A stretch of 64,000 nt of DNA from a virus, in the IMG/VR virus record IMGVR_UViG_3300045988_131275, positions 1-64,000 of that record; one strand, 5' to 3'. The notes under the pieces were generated by a model, which worked only from the letters and a program-made list of their open reading frames with translations, was not told where the DNA came from and did not search any database. The position numbers were made by a program, and so were the translations under genes. Of the stretch, positions 46,169 to 54,825 are shown in pieces; position 1 is the first letter of the stretch, and each line of letters opens with the position of its first letter.

Positions 46169-46585
46169 TTATTCAGAATCTTTTAATAATTCTTCCAAAC
46201 TATCAATTTGAAGCTCTGTTTGTTTATCATCAGACAACAATGCTGTAAGTTGTTTTTCTAACATATCTAATTTCTTTTTCTCAGCCTTGTATCTCTGTAC
46301 TTCAAGATTTGCTTTTACATCAGCAATCCAGTCATCAAGTGAGCTACCCGAAATCATTAATGTAGAAGTGTCAATTTCTAAATCTTTTGCAGATATTAAA
46401 AGTGCATTAAGTTTAATTAACAACATTTCGCTTGAATCAATATGTAAATTGTAAGTAACCTTATCCAATACTAATAAACAATTAGTAATTGGATTGAATC
46501 TTGTTGGTTTTGATGCAAGCTCCTGTCTTTTTTCTTCAATAGTTTTCTTTAACTGCATAATTCTTTCATCATTTTTCTGTGCCAT
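46169..46585 (-). CDS. Hypothetical coiled-coil protein (138 aa)
   Basis: ORF track only. Confidence 0.5.
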   Translation of the reverse strand: MAQKNDERIMQLKKTIEEKRQELASKPTRFNPITNCLLVLDKVTYNLHIDSSEMLLIKLNALLISAKDLEIDTSTLMISGSSLDDWIADVKANLEVQRYKAEKKKLDMLEKQLTALLSDDKQTELQIDSLEELLKDSE

Positions 46586-47840
46586 AATAATATCTCCTCT
46601 CTAAATATCCATTTTTTAAATAATGTTCTCCATAAATAGGATGTACATATTTATAACACTCTTCGATAGTATCAAAAATTTTTTTAACTGTTTTTTCTCT
46701 TGTCTTTGTTACTGTTTCATTTGAACACCATTTTTTCTCCTCATAAGATTCATAAACGGTTTCGTAAATGTACCATTTCTTATTTTCTCTTGAATATAAG
46801 ATTTCTTTACTATTAAGTAATCCATCTTTTTCTATTCCTACTTTAAAAGAATAGTTATAATCTCTTTCAAAAGATTTAACTATTGTTGCATCTGCCATAG
46901 CAACAAATATATCGTATGGTAAATCAATAAGCTTATCTGCTTCAAAATCTTCTTGACAATACTCAGTATTGCTATATAACAGATTAACCATATCTGGATA
47001 ATCTGGTCTTTTTTCAAGAACCATATGGGTGAACTTTCTTGTAATTGTTTTCATATGTGTTACTCTATTTTCTCTGTACCAACTATATTCAGCACTAGGA
47101 TTTCCAAGAAGAATAAAGAAAAATTCATTCTTTTCTTCTTGAATACTTCTATAGTAAGTAAGGTTTTTATTATAATAACTACTTCGACATTTACTGATTA
47201 ACCATGTATCATCAAGCGGATATTCATATCCTTCTTTTCTATTGTTACTGTAACGACTTTCATGGTAATAATAATTTGACTGATTTTCCCAAGGCTTTGA
47301 TTTCCCCATATATACATATTGATTACCATTCAAATCTTTATATGTAGCACCAATTATCAAATCTCTTGCTTTAATAAATGTATTGTTATGAATGACTTTA
47401 TTCTTTTCCTGAATCTCTTTATAATCAGGTGATTCAACAGGCACAAGCACCAATTCTTTACCATCCCAACCATATACAAATTCACCTTCAAGTCCTTTAC
47501 CTTTAATGCAATTACAATTTTCTAAAATCCATAAAAGGTTAGGAATTGTAATTTCAAATTCAAATCCTCTTGGATCATATACCCTGGTATATGTTTGTCT
47601 TGGATTCCAACTATATCTATCACCGCCAACCTTTTTATTTAATACAAATCCTTCAGTTGGTTCATTGTCATAAATCGCATTTGGAATATTTTCATCTCTC
47701 CAATGTTGCCATGATGTTTCTTTCCTTAACTTTCCTTTTTCATCAAAATAGATTACATAAGCTAATTTACTTGTATAAGTATCTTTTCGTTCTTGGAATC
47801 CTACATTTATTTTTGTTGGTATAAAGATATTTGTTTTCAT
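46569..47840 (-). CDS. Hypothetical protein (423 aa)
   Basis: Long ORF between the thyA-like and kinase genes. No motif recognised. Confidence 0.55.
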   Translation of the reverse strand: MKTNIFIPTKINVGFQERKDTYTSKLAYVIYFDEKGKLRKETSWQHWRDENIPNAIYDNEPTEGFVLNKKVGGDRYSWNPRQTYTRVYDPRGFEFEITIPNLLWILENCNCIKGKGLEGEFVYGWDGKELVLVPVESPDYKEIQEKNKVIHNNTFIKARDLIIGATYKDLNGNQYVYMGKSKPWENQSNYYYHESRYSNNRKEGYEYPLDDTWLISKCRSSYYNKNLTYYRSIQEEKNEFFFILLGNPSAEYSWYRENRVTHMKTITRKFTHMVLEKRPDYPDMVNLLYSNTEYCQEDFEADKLIDLPYDIFVAMADATIVKSFERDYNYSFKVGIEKDGLLNSKEILYSRENKKWYIYETVYESYEEKKWCSNETVTKTREKTVKKIFDTIEECYKYVHPIYGEHYLKNGYLERRYYYGTEK

Positions 47841-47864
47841 TATATTTTCTCCGTTCTTATAAAA

Positions 47865-48743
47865 CTAAATACCAAGTTCAAGTTTTAGATTAGGATTAAT
47901 TGGATTATAGTTTTCAAGAGAAAAATCTTCGATTGAGAAATCATAGAAGTTATCAGACTTAGGATTGAAATTCATTTTGACTGATTCAAATTCATAATCA
48001 TAATGACCATTAGAAGTAGAAATCTTTAGTTTACGCTCATTTGCTCTGTTAAGTAATTCATTAGCTGCGTCAATGTGACGATCATAAATCTGTTCATTTG
48101 CTACAAAGTGTGTGAACTTACCTGGTTTATATCCAGTTGCTTTCGCAATCATTATCAGTAAACAAGAATACTGTACTTCATTAACTCCACCTGCACCACT
48201 AGCAGTAAGCATATCTCCACTTCTCTGAATAAGACACATATCCAGATATTCGCCTCTTACATTCCAGATAGTGAGAAATGCACAAGGCATTAATCCATCA
48301 GTTTCTCTTAGATCATTTTCTTGCCATAAAGACATAATATGTCTACGTCCATATGGATTTTCTTTAATGTCAGTAATTAAATTATTGAGAAGATTATGTT
48401 TTCTTACTGTTGCCCCGTATCTAACACCTATTGTTCCTGGAATATCTTTAGATTCCCAAGCGTCCCAATAATTAACATTATATTTATCTTTTAATAAATG
48501 TAATGAACTACTTTGGTCTTGGTAAATCCATAACAATTCCTTAATAGCACTCTTCCATGCAATAGGACGTAATGTACAGATAGGAAACTCAGTTTGAAGA
48601 TTATAAGTTCTCATAACATGATTTACAAAATATGTATAAGCTGGTGTTCCGTCTTCATATTTGGGACGAGGATTTTCGTCTTTTGTTCCATTTGTAAGAA
48701 TATTACGAATATCATTTACTAATAATAAATCTGCTCTTGTCAT
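47865..48743 (-). CDS. thyA: Thymidylate synthase family protein (B. subtilis ThyA / phi3T-like lineage)
   Basis: AIKELLWIYQ, GRRHIMSLW, LMPCAF (catalytic Cys), IQRSGDM and VNEVQY align with ThyA motifs. I cannot distinguish dTMP synthase from dUMP hydroxymethylase by eye. Confidence 0.75.
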   Translation of the reverse strand: MTRADLLLVNDIRNILTNGTKDENPRPKYEDGTPAYTYFVNHVMRTYNLQTEFPICTLRPIAWKSAIKELLWIYQDQSSSLHLLKDKYNVNYWDAWESKDIPGTIGVRYGATVRKHNLLNNLITDIKENPYGRRHIMSLWQENDLRETDGLMPCAFLTIWNVRGEYLDMCLIQRSGDMLTASGAGGVNEVQYSCLLIMIAKATGYKPGKFTHFVANEQIYDRHIDAANELLNRANERKLKISTSNGHYDYEFESVKMNFNPKSDNFYDFSIEDFSLENYNPINPNLKLELGI

Positions 48744-48746
48744 GTA

Positions 48747-48989
48747 TTATTCCTCCACAATCCATAATCTAATATCTTCTTTAAATTGATTACATAATTT
48801 TTCATCATCTGATAAGAAATTTACAACACATTCTTTATTAAGACTTGTGCTTAGAATCCCCATAATAGATTTGGCATCAATCGTGTACCTAGAATATACA
48901 TAGTCGATATCTACATCTTTATATTCTCCACATTTTGCTACAAATAATCCTGCGTCATTAATTGTATTTAATTTGACTTTGCACTTCAT
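48747..48989 (-). CDS. HPr/Crh-like small protein lacking the His15 equivalent
   Basis: IDAKSIMGILS matches the HPr Ser46 region (NLKSIMGVMS). GLFVAKC replaces GIHARPA. Confidence 0.5.
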   Translation of the reverse strand: MKCKVKLNTINDAGLFVAKCGEYKDVDIDYVYSRYTIDAKSIMGILSTSLNKECVVNFLSDDEKLCNQFKEDIRLWIVEE

Positions 48990-49016
48990 TTTATAAAATC
49001 CTTTCCTATTATAATG

Positions 49017-50975
49017 TTAATTTAATAGTTGCATAAATTGTTCTTCATTGATAATTTGCACTCCCAATGATTTTGCTTTCTTGTTCTTACTGGAAGAAGA
49101 TTCAATATCATTATTAATCAACGCAAATGTCTTAGCAGATACAGAACCAGATACTTTACCGCCATTTGACTCAATAATAGATTTCAGTTCATCTCTATTA
49201 CTGTATTTCTCTAATGATCCTGTAATAACGAATGTTTTTCCTTGTAAGGTATTTTGAGCATTATTAGATTCACTAGGAATTTTAAATGTAAATTCTTTAC
49301 TCAATTCAAAAACTTTATTCATGTATGTTATAGCAAATTTTTGAATATTATTACTTGCAACTACACCGATACCATCTACTTTAAGATTCCAAAAATATCC
49401 ATATCCACAAAAGAAACAATGATAAAATTCATCAAAGTTATATTTAAAATGTTTAGCAATATCTTTACTTGCACTTTTACCAATCATAGGAATTGACAAA
49501 CTATAAACAAATCTGTCAAGTGTAGTTTCTCTGCTCTTTTCGATAGATTCTAACAATTTATCTACTGATTTTTTACCAAATCCTTCAAGGCTATACATTT
49601 TACCATTATAATCAGATAAATGATAAATACTCTTAATAGAATCTAACCATCCAAGAGAAATAAATTTCTCAAGTGTGGATTCTGATAATCCGTCAATATC
49701 CAGTGCATTTCTACTTACCGCATGACAAAGTTTACCTAATAACTTACCTTGACAATCATCATTCATGCACATAAGAACTTCCGAATCATTTTCTTTCACA
49801 ATTTTAGTTTCTCCACCACAAATAGGACATTTATCAGGAATTATAAAATTATTAGATTTATCAATACTATCATGTACTTTGGGGATAACTTTATTTGAGC
49901 GATATACTCTGATTCTGTCACCGATACCAAGAGATAATTTTTTGATATAAGAAATGTTATGTAATGTAGCTCTGGTAGTAATTGCACCATCTAAATCAAT
50001 AGGCTCAAAAGTTGCTACTGGATTAATCAATCCCGTCTTAGAGGTGTTCCATTCAATATCTTTTAGTACAGTTTCATATAATTGATCTTCATATTTATAT
50101 GCAATGGAATGTCTAAAGAATTTATCAGTTTTACCTAATGATTCTCCATAAGCATAATCATCATATGCCATTACCGCACCGTCATATGGAATATTATTTG
50201 CATCAGCAACATCTTTAATTGTATCTAATACAGTTTGTGTATTTTCACATCCTATATATGGAATCATTGGAACTCTTTCAAATCCACATTTTTCTGCATT
50301 TAGCAAATCTTCATAAACAGATTTATGTTCAAATCCTTTAATGACACGCCATGCAATGAATCTCATATTTCTTTGAGCAGCTTCTTTACTATCTAATAAA
50401 AGTAATGAACCAGACACAAGATTTCTTGGATGCTTATATTTTTTATCTGTATCTTTAATATTTTCATTAATCTTATTGAATGTGTCCCACCCAATAATAG
50501 TTTCTCCATCAATGATTAACTCATCGTAATATGGGATTTTCTTTGGAATATTCTTGATTGTTAATACATTTTGGAGAACATCTGTACCTTCATAGCCATT
50601 ACCTCTAGTGACAGCACTTACTAATTCACCATGAATATACTTTAATGTTGTACTAAGACCATCACATTTTACAGATACAATGCACTGTTTGTTCCCAGCA
50701 AATTGTTTTAAATCATTGATAGATTTTGTCTTGTCAAGCGATAACATCAAATGATCCAACTTAACCTCATTTAATTTATCTGATACTGTATATCCCACGT
50801 TTTGAGTAGGACTGTTTGGGAAGATGATATTTTCTTGACTTTCTAACATCTGTAGTTCTTCATATTTCTTATCCCAGTCATAATCAGACATAATTGGTGT
50901 ACTTGTGTAATATGCATATGATGCTGTATTGAGTTCCTGGATTAATTCTTTCATTTTGCCAATAGTGTTTCCCAT
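49017..50975 (-). CDS. ligA: NAD-dependent DNA ligase
   Basis: VSVKCDGLS (KxDG), OB fold, Zn finger CPICGG...CMNDDC, HhH region, and C-terminal BRCT (GKTFVITGSL...GGKVSGSVSAKT). Confidence 0.9.
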   Translation of the reverse strand: MGNTIGKMKELIQELNTASYAYYTSTPIMSDYDWDKKYEELQMLESQENIIFPNSPTQNVGYTVSDKLNEVKLDHLMLSLDKTKSINDLKQFAGNKQCIVSVKCDGLSTTLKYIHGELVSAVTRGNGYEGTDVLQNVLTIKNIPKKIPYYDELIIDGETIIGWDTFNKINENIKDTDKKYKHPRNLVSGSLLLLDSKEAAQRNMRFIAWRVIKGFEHKSVYEDLLNAEKCGFERVPMIPYIGCENTQTVLDTIKDVADANNIPYDGAVMAYDDYAYGESLGKTDKFFRHSIAYKYEDQLYETVLKDIEWNTSKTGLINPVATFEPIDLDGAITTRATLHNISYIKKLSLGIGDRIRVYRSNKVIPKVHDSIDKSNNFIIPDKCPICGGETKIVKENDSEVLMCMNDDCQGKLLGKLCHAVSRNALDIDGLSESTLEKFISLGWLDSIKSIYHLSDYNGKMYSLEGFGKKSVDKLLESIEKSRETTLDRFVYSLSIPMIGKSASKDIAKHFKYNFDEFYHCFFCGYGYFWNLKVDGIGVVASNNIQKFAITYMNKVFELSKEFTFKIPSESNNAQNTLQGKTFVITGSLEKYSNRDELKSIIESNGGKVSGSVSAKTFALINNDIESSSSKNKKAKSLGVQIINEEQFMQLLN

Positions 50976-51205
50976 ATATTTTCATAACTCCTTTTATCAA
51001 TATCCATAATTCTGCTAAATGCAGATTCATCTTCTCTACATTTAATAACTCCAATAAACACAACATCATTCCTTGTATGATAAGTTTGTTTGTATTCTAA
51101 AAGCCAGTCCCATGCATCTTGCATATTTTTGTATTTGTCTCCCATTACACCGCCATTATGACCATATTTAATACATGGGACATATATATAATGCTTTTTA
51201 CTCAT
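50951..51205 (-). CDS. Hypothetical protein (track ORF 50951..51244)
   Basis: Met at 51205 follows SD AAGGAGA. Confidence 0.5.
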   Translation of the reverse strand: MSKKHYIYVPCIKYGHNGGVMGDKYKNMQDAWDWLLEYKQTYHTRNDVVFIGVIKCREDESAFSRIMDIDKRSYENIWETLLAK

Positions 51206-51209
51206 ACTT

Positions 51210-51437
51210 TTATTTCTCCTTATAATATGGACTTTTCTTCTCATATTCTTTCAGATACTTTAACATCTCTGATTCTTCTGGAAAGAATGGATCTCGTTTA
51301 TATTCAAGTGCAACATAATTTAGAAAGTTCATCATCAACTGACCAAATCTCCAATCTGGATAACATTGCATCCATATTCTTTCTAATTCTTTTGTAAATT
51401 CTGGTATTCTATTCTTATTTCTCATATTGACCTCCAT
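51210..51437 (-). CDS. Hypothetical protein (75 aa)
   Basis: ORF track only. Confidence 0.5.
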   Translation of the reverse strand: MEVNMRNKNRIPEFTKELERIWMQCYPDWRFGQLMMNFLNYVALEYKRDPFFPEESEMLKYLKEYEKKSPYYKEK

Positions 51438-51639
51438 GAAACAGTTCTTTCATACATATATAAATTCTGCTAATGCATTATAATATCCAGCTAATGCTCC
51501 TATCACCTGAATAGCTGCAATAATTACTAATAGCGTAAAGAAATGCAAGCTCTTTATATTGATTTCTGAGCAAAATAAGCCTAATATCGACCATCAAATA
51601 ATATTTATAACGTTCAAAATAGTTAAATTCATATTTTTC

Positions 51640-51942
51640 TTATTTAATATCTCCATTCATTTTTGCTTTAAATAACGCTTTTAAATAATCTTGTGGGTTG
51701 TCCTTTGCTGCTTGGAATCCTACTTTTTGTCTTTTAATATCATCAAGTACGATTTTATATTTAGGGCTATCACTTACTTCTTCTCTATATTTCTGCACTT
51801 CTTCACGGGTTATTATCTCTTTATCAACTAAAATTCTCAATGCAACTTGTACATCAATTGCCGTTTTAAGAATAGTTTCTTGTACTTGCAATTCATGCAG
51901 AGCTTCTTCTGGTTTATAAAACTTATCATTGCTTACTGGCAT
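51640..51942 (-). CDS. Hypothetical protein (100 aa)
   Basis: ORF track only. Confidence 0.5.
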   Translation of the reverse strand: MPVSNDKFYKPEEALHELQVQETILKTAIDVQVALRILVDKEIITREEVQKYREEVSDSPKYKIVLDDIKRQKVGFQAAKDNPQDYLKALFKAKMNGDIK

Positions 51943-51978
51943 TTAATATCTTCCTTTCCAATAATTTCAACTAATGTT

Positions 51979-52299
51979 TTAGGCGTATAAGCTATATAAT
52001 TCATCCTTCTTAAATTCATAAATAGAATTTTCTGTTTCAACATTTATACAAGCAATTTCTCCATTCTTATCTTTAATATATTCAAAAGACTTAACAGGAC
52101 TTGTTCTCAATATCATCCATCTCATTGGAGTTCCATCGGAATCTCTTACATATCTAATAATCAATGGAAAGTCAATTAAAATATCATTAATATCAAGATC
52201 AATAATCCTTCCAATTCGTATAGGGTATCTGTCGTCCTGTCTATCTAGCCCTTTTAACTCCCCTTTACTATGTTTGATACTTGCGATTTTGTATAGCAT
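51979..52299 (-). CDS. Hypothetical protein (106 aa)
   Basis: ORF track only. Confidence 0.5.
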   Translation of the reverse strand: MLYKIASIKHSKGELKGLDRQDDRYPIRIGRIIDLDINDILIDFPLIIRYVRDSDGTPMRWMILRTSPVKSFEYIKDKNGEIACINVETENSIYEFKKDELYSLYA

Positions 52300-52309
52300 A
52301 TTTACTCTC

Positions 52310-52588
52310 CTAATCTTCTACAGGAACCCATTTTTTAACTTTGACTTCTTTAAGTTCTACCTCTGTACATTTAACCTCATCATCATATTCCCAAGGTCTT
52401 TCATCTTGACATTCTGTTGCGCCCTCTGAATATGTAGTCATATAAAACTTACCATTATCTTCAAACACAATCTCATGCACAATAGACCAACGAGTAGTAT
52501 CAATAATTCTATCTACAACTGCACCATACCAAGGTAATTCACACTCATTTACTAAATAATCCCTACTGAATACTTTTACTTTTGCCAT
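52310..52588 (-). CDS. Hypothetical protein (92 aa)
   Basis: ORF track only. Confidence 0.5.
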   Translation of the reverse strand: MAKVKVFSRDYLVNECELPWYGAVVDRIIDTTRWSIVHEIVFEDNGKFYMTTYSEGATECQDERPWEYDDEVKCTEVELKEVKVKKWVPVED

Positions 52589-52592
52589 TATC

Positions 52593-53504
52593 TTATTCTC
52601 CTTCTACAATTCCCCAACCTTTACAAGTAGGACATTCACAATACTTTTTATTAATTTGTTCCATAAGTTCTGATAAATACTTTTCTATTTTATTTTGTAA
52701 ATCCTGATAATTTTTCCCGATAATAGATGGAGCTACGACACAATCATTACCATAATCAGAAGATGTTTTATTATCTTTTAAATTTATAATTGTTGATGAC
52801 TTCTCAGAAACCATTTTATTCACCCATTGTGGTTTTCTTCTCTTATTAAACAATGAATTATTTTTATCAACTAAAATATTATATGGATCTGCCAATGGAA
52901 TCTTTTTCTTTACTTCAAAATGGAAATCATAATCAGACGTAATAGTTGCAACACTGGTATCTATGTTTGCTTTTACATAATTTCTGATAATCTGTAGCAT
53001 TCTTTTGGAATCAATTTTACATGGTTTATCTTGATATGCTTCTTCTGGATATTCAATTTGTGTAAGCAAGCTGGATTCAGCGTCATATACATTCTGTATA
53101 AATTCAAAATCTTCTCTTGCGTAAATTTCTTTAATTTCAAATTCAATTGGTTCATATTCGCCTGGAATAGTATCGTATTTATAGTTATACAGTCCAATTA
53201 CTTCATCATATTCTTCACTCTGTTCCATTTCTTGTGTAATGATTTGTGGCATTAGTTCCGTTGCTGTATATCCTGCTTTTAACTCATATCTAACATTAAT
53301 ACGCTTGTCTTCTTGCTTCGCAGACACAACTTTAGGAATACTCATAAGTTTAAACCATCTATCTTTATTTGTTTTTTCTGGTGTTTCACCATCAAATTGA
53401 AATTGTGTTAAGTCTTTAGTTCCATAATAATCTTCATTTGCTATATAAATATAATTTTTACAGTTAATTACTTTAAGTTTTAGTGGATTTTCTTTATCGT
53501 ACAT
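52593..53504 (-). CDS. Hypothetical protein (303 aa), C-terminal CxCPxC
   Basis: ORF track only. Confidence 0.5.
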   Translation of the reverse strand: MYDKENPLKLKVINCKNYIYIANEDYYGTKDLTQFQFDGETPEKTNKDRWFKLMSIPKVVSAKQEDKRINVRYELKAGYTATELMPQIITQEMEQSEEYDEVIGLYNYKYDTIPGEYEPIEFEIKEIYAREDFEFIQNVYDAESSLLTQIEYPEEAYQDKPCKIDSKRMLQIIRNYVKANIDTSVATITSDYDFHFEVKKKIPLADPYNILVDKNNSLFNKRRKPQWVNKMVSEKSSTIINLKDNKTSSDYGNDCVVAPSIIGKNYQDLQNKIEKYLSELMEQINKKYCECPTCKGWGIVEGE

Positions 53505-53506
53505 AA

Positions 53507-53899
53507 TTATTCTCCTATATCATGAAATTCTCTGCCGTTAAGAATGTTAATCAATGCGTTTTTATCTCTTTCTAATGCAAGTGAATATGAACACTTCGCA
53601 ATAGAATCAGATTGAGATAATGGTTCTCTTTCTAATTCTTCATCAATTTTCTTATCGAGGAAATCTACGAATCTCCACAAACGATCTTCAATAGAAGGAG
53701 TTAATTTGCCATGAATGTTACCGTTTGTATCAAGCTGTACATCAGTAACGTTGCACTTATTGAAATCAGTTACTTCTTTCTTACTTAACCATTTCATCCA
53801 TTTGTTGCATTTTTTACAATATAGTCCTGTCTGTGTACCACTTTCTTTTGTGTAAAATTCTTCACAACCACATTTATTACATTTTTCTGGAATAATAAT
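53507..53899 (-). CDS. Zn-ribbon protein, probably ATT-initiated (track ORF 53507..53797)
   Basis: The frame is open 34 codons upstream of the track ATG and encodes PEKCNKCGCEEFYTKESGTQTGLYCKKCNKW. SD AAGAGGTGA lies 4-10 nt before three ATT codons (53899-53891). There is no SD before ATG 53797. Confidence 0.5.
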   Translation of the reverse strand: MIIPEKCNKCGCEEFYTKESGTQTGLYCKKCNKWMKWLSKKEVTDFNKCNVTDVQLDTNGNIHGKLTPSIEDRLWRFVDFLDKKIDEELEREPLSQSDSIAKCSYSLALERDKNALINILNGREFHDIGE

Positions 53900-53918
53900 T
53901 GTTCACCTCTTTTCTTAT

Positions 53919-53965
53919 ATACTATATATAGTGTTTATTTTAATTTGCAACACTATATATAGCAT
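53919..53965. promoter_or_regulatory. Tandem NrdR-box-like operators
   Basis: ATACTATATATAGTGT (53919-53934) and ACACTATATATAGCAT (53950-53965) match the recalled NrdR consensus acaCwAtATaTwGtgt at 15/16 and 14/16 positions. Centre-to-centre spacing is 31 bp. Confidence 0.6.
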
Positions 53966-53993
53966 CATTTTTGCCATGAAATTCTGCTTTCAT

Positions 53994-54263
53994 TTAGTTA
54001 TCTTCTTTTATTAGATTTATTGTCATCATACTTCCAGGAGTTTCATAATATGAATCTTCTAAATATGCTATTTTATATTCATAATACGGTTGCAAAGCAC
54101 TATCTATAATTCTTACCTCAGATAATTCAATTGGTTCTTTTAAGTTTGCTTCGTGTATAATCACATTTACATAAATTTTATCATCATATCCCATTAAGAA
54201 TAATTGAATTAAATCTGCTAACCTAACATTAGGTTGTAAATCAAGTAAATTATCAAATGTCAT
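53994..54263 (-). CDS. Hypothetical protein (89 aa)
   Basis: ORF track only. Confidence 0.5.
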   Translation of the reverse strand: MTFDNLLDLQPNVRLADLIQLFLMGYDDKIYVNVIIHEANLKEPIELSEVRIIDSALQPYYEYKIAYLEDSYYETPGSMMTINLIKEDN

Positions 54264-54297
54264 ATCTCATACTCCTTTAAACTTTATAAAATAAAAG

Positions 54298-54822
54298 TTA
54301 TCTAATTCTCAAACTTTCACTCTGTGGTTCTAAGTGACACCATTCACAATTGAGTGATCCATCTTGTCCTTCTAATCCATTTTCCTTTAAATAATCTCTC
54401 AGCTTTTCTCCATCAACAGCATCAGGTTGTTTAATTCTATATTCCTCTGGAATATTTTCTACATCAACATCAATTGTAAGTTTGCGCTTTCCACCATTTT
54501 TCTGAATATTAAACGAGAACAAATCCGTTGTAAATTTCTTCTTTCCAATAGTTCTCATACACATTTCAAGATTTTGTTTTAACCACTTAATTCTATTTTC
54601 ATATGTTTTCTTTCTTGTTGCCAATCTATTGTTTTCTTTTGAAATTCCATCAATATCAGATTCAAGAGATCGAATAATTTTAGCGTAATTATCTGCTTTA
54701 TTTTCGATTTCTCCATCTAATGCTTCAAGTGTATCAATGATTGTTTGCTCATCAATTTCCTCATCTTCTAACATATCCATAAGTTCCAGATATTCTCCTG
54801 TGAGTTCATAAATACTTGACAT
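54298..54822 (-). CDS. Siphovirus Gp157-like protein
   Basis: Acidic N-terminus (MSSIYELTGEYLELMDMLEDEEIDEQTIIDTLEALDGEIENKADNYAKII) typical of the Gp157 family, from memory. Position next to the helicase. Confidence 0.5.
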   Translation of the reverse strand: MSSIYELTGEYLELMDMLEDEEIDEQTIIDTLEALDGEIENKADNYAKIIRSLESDIDGISKENNRLATRKKTYENRIKWLKQNLEMCMRTIGKKKFTTDLFSFNIQKNGGKRKLTIDVDVENIPEEYRIKQPDAVDGEKLRDYLKENGLEGQDGSLNCEWCHLEPQSESLRIR

Positions 54823-54825
54823 ATA

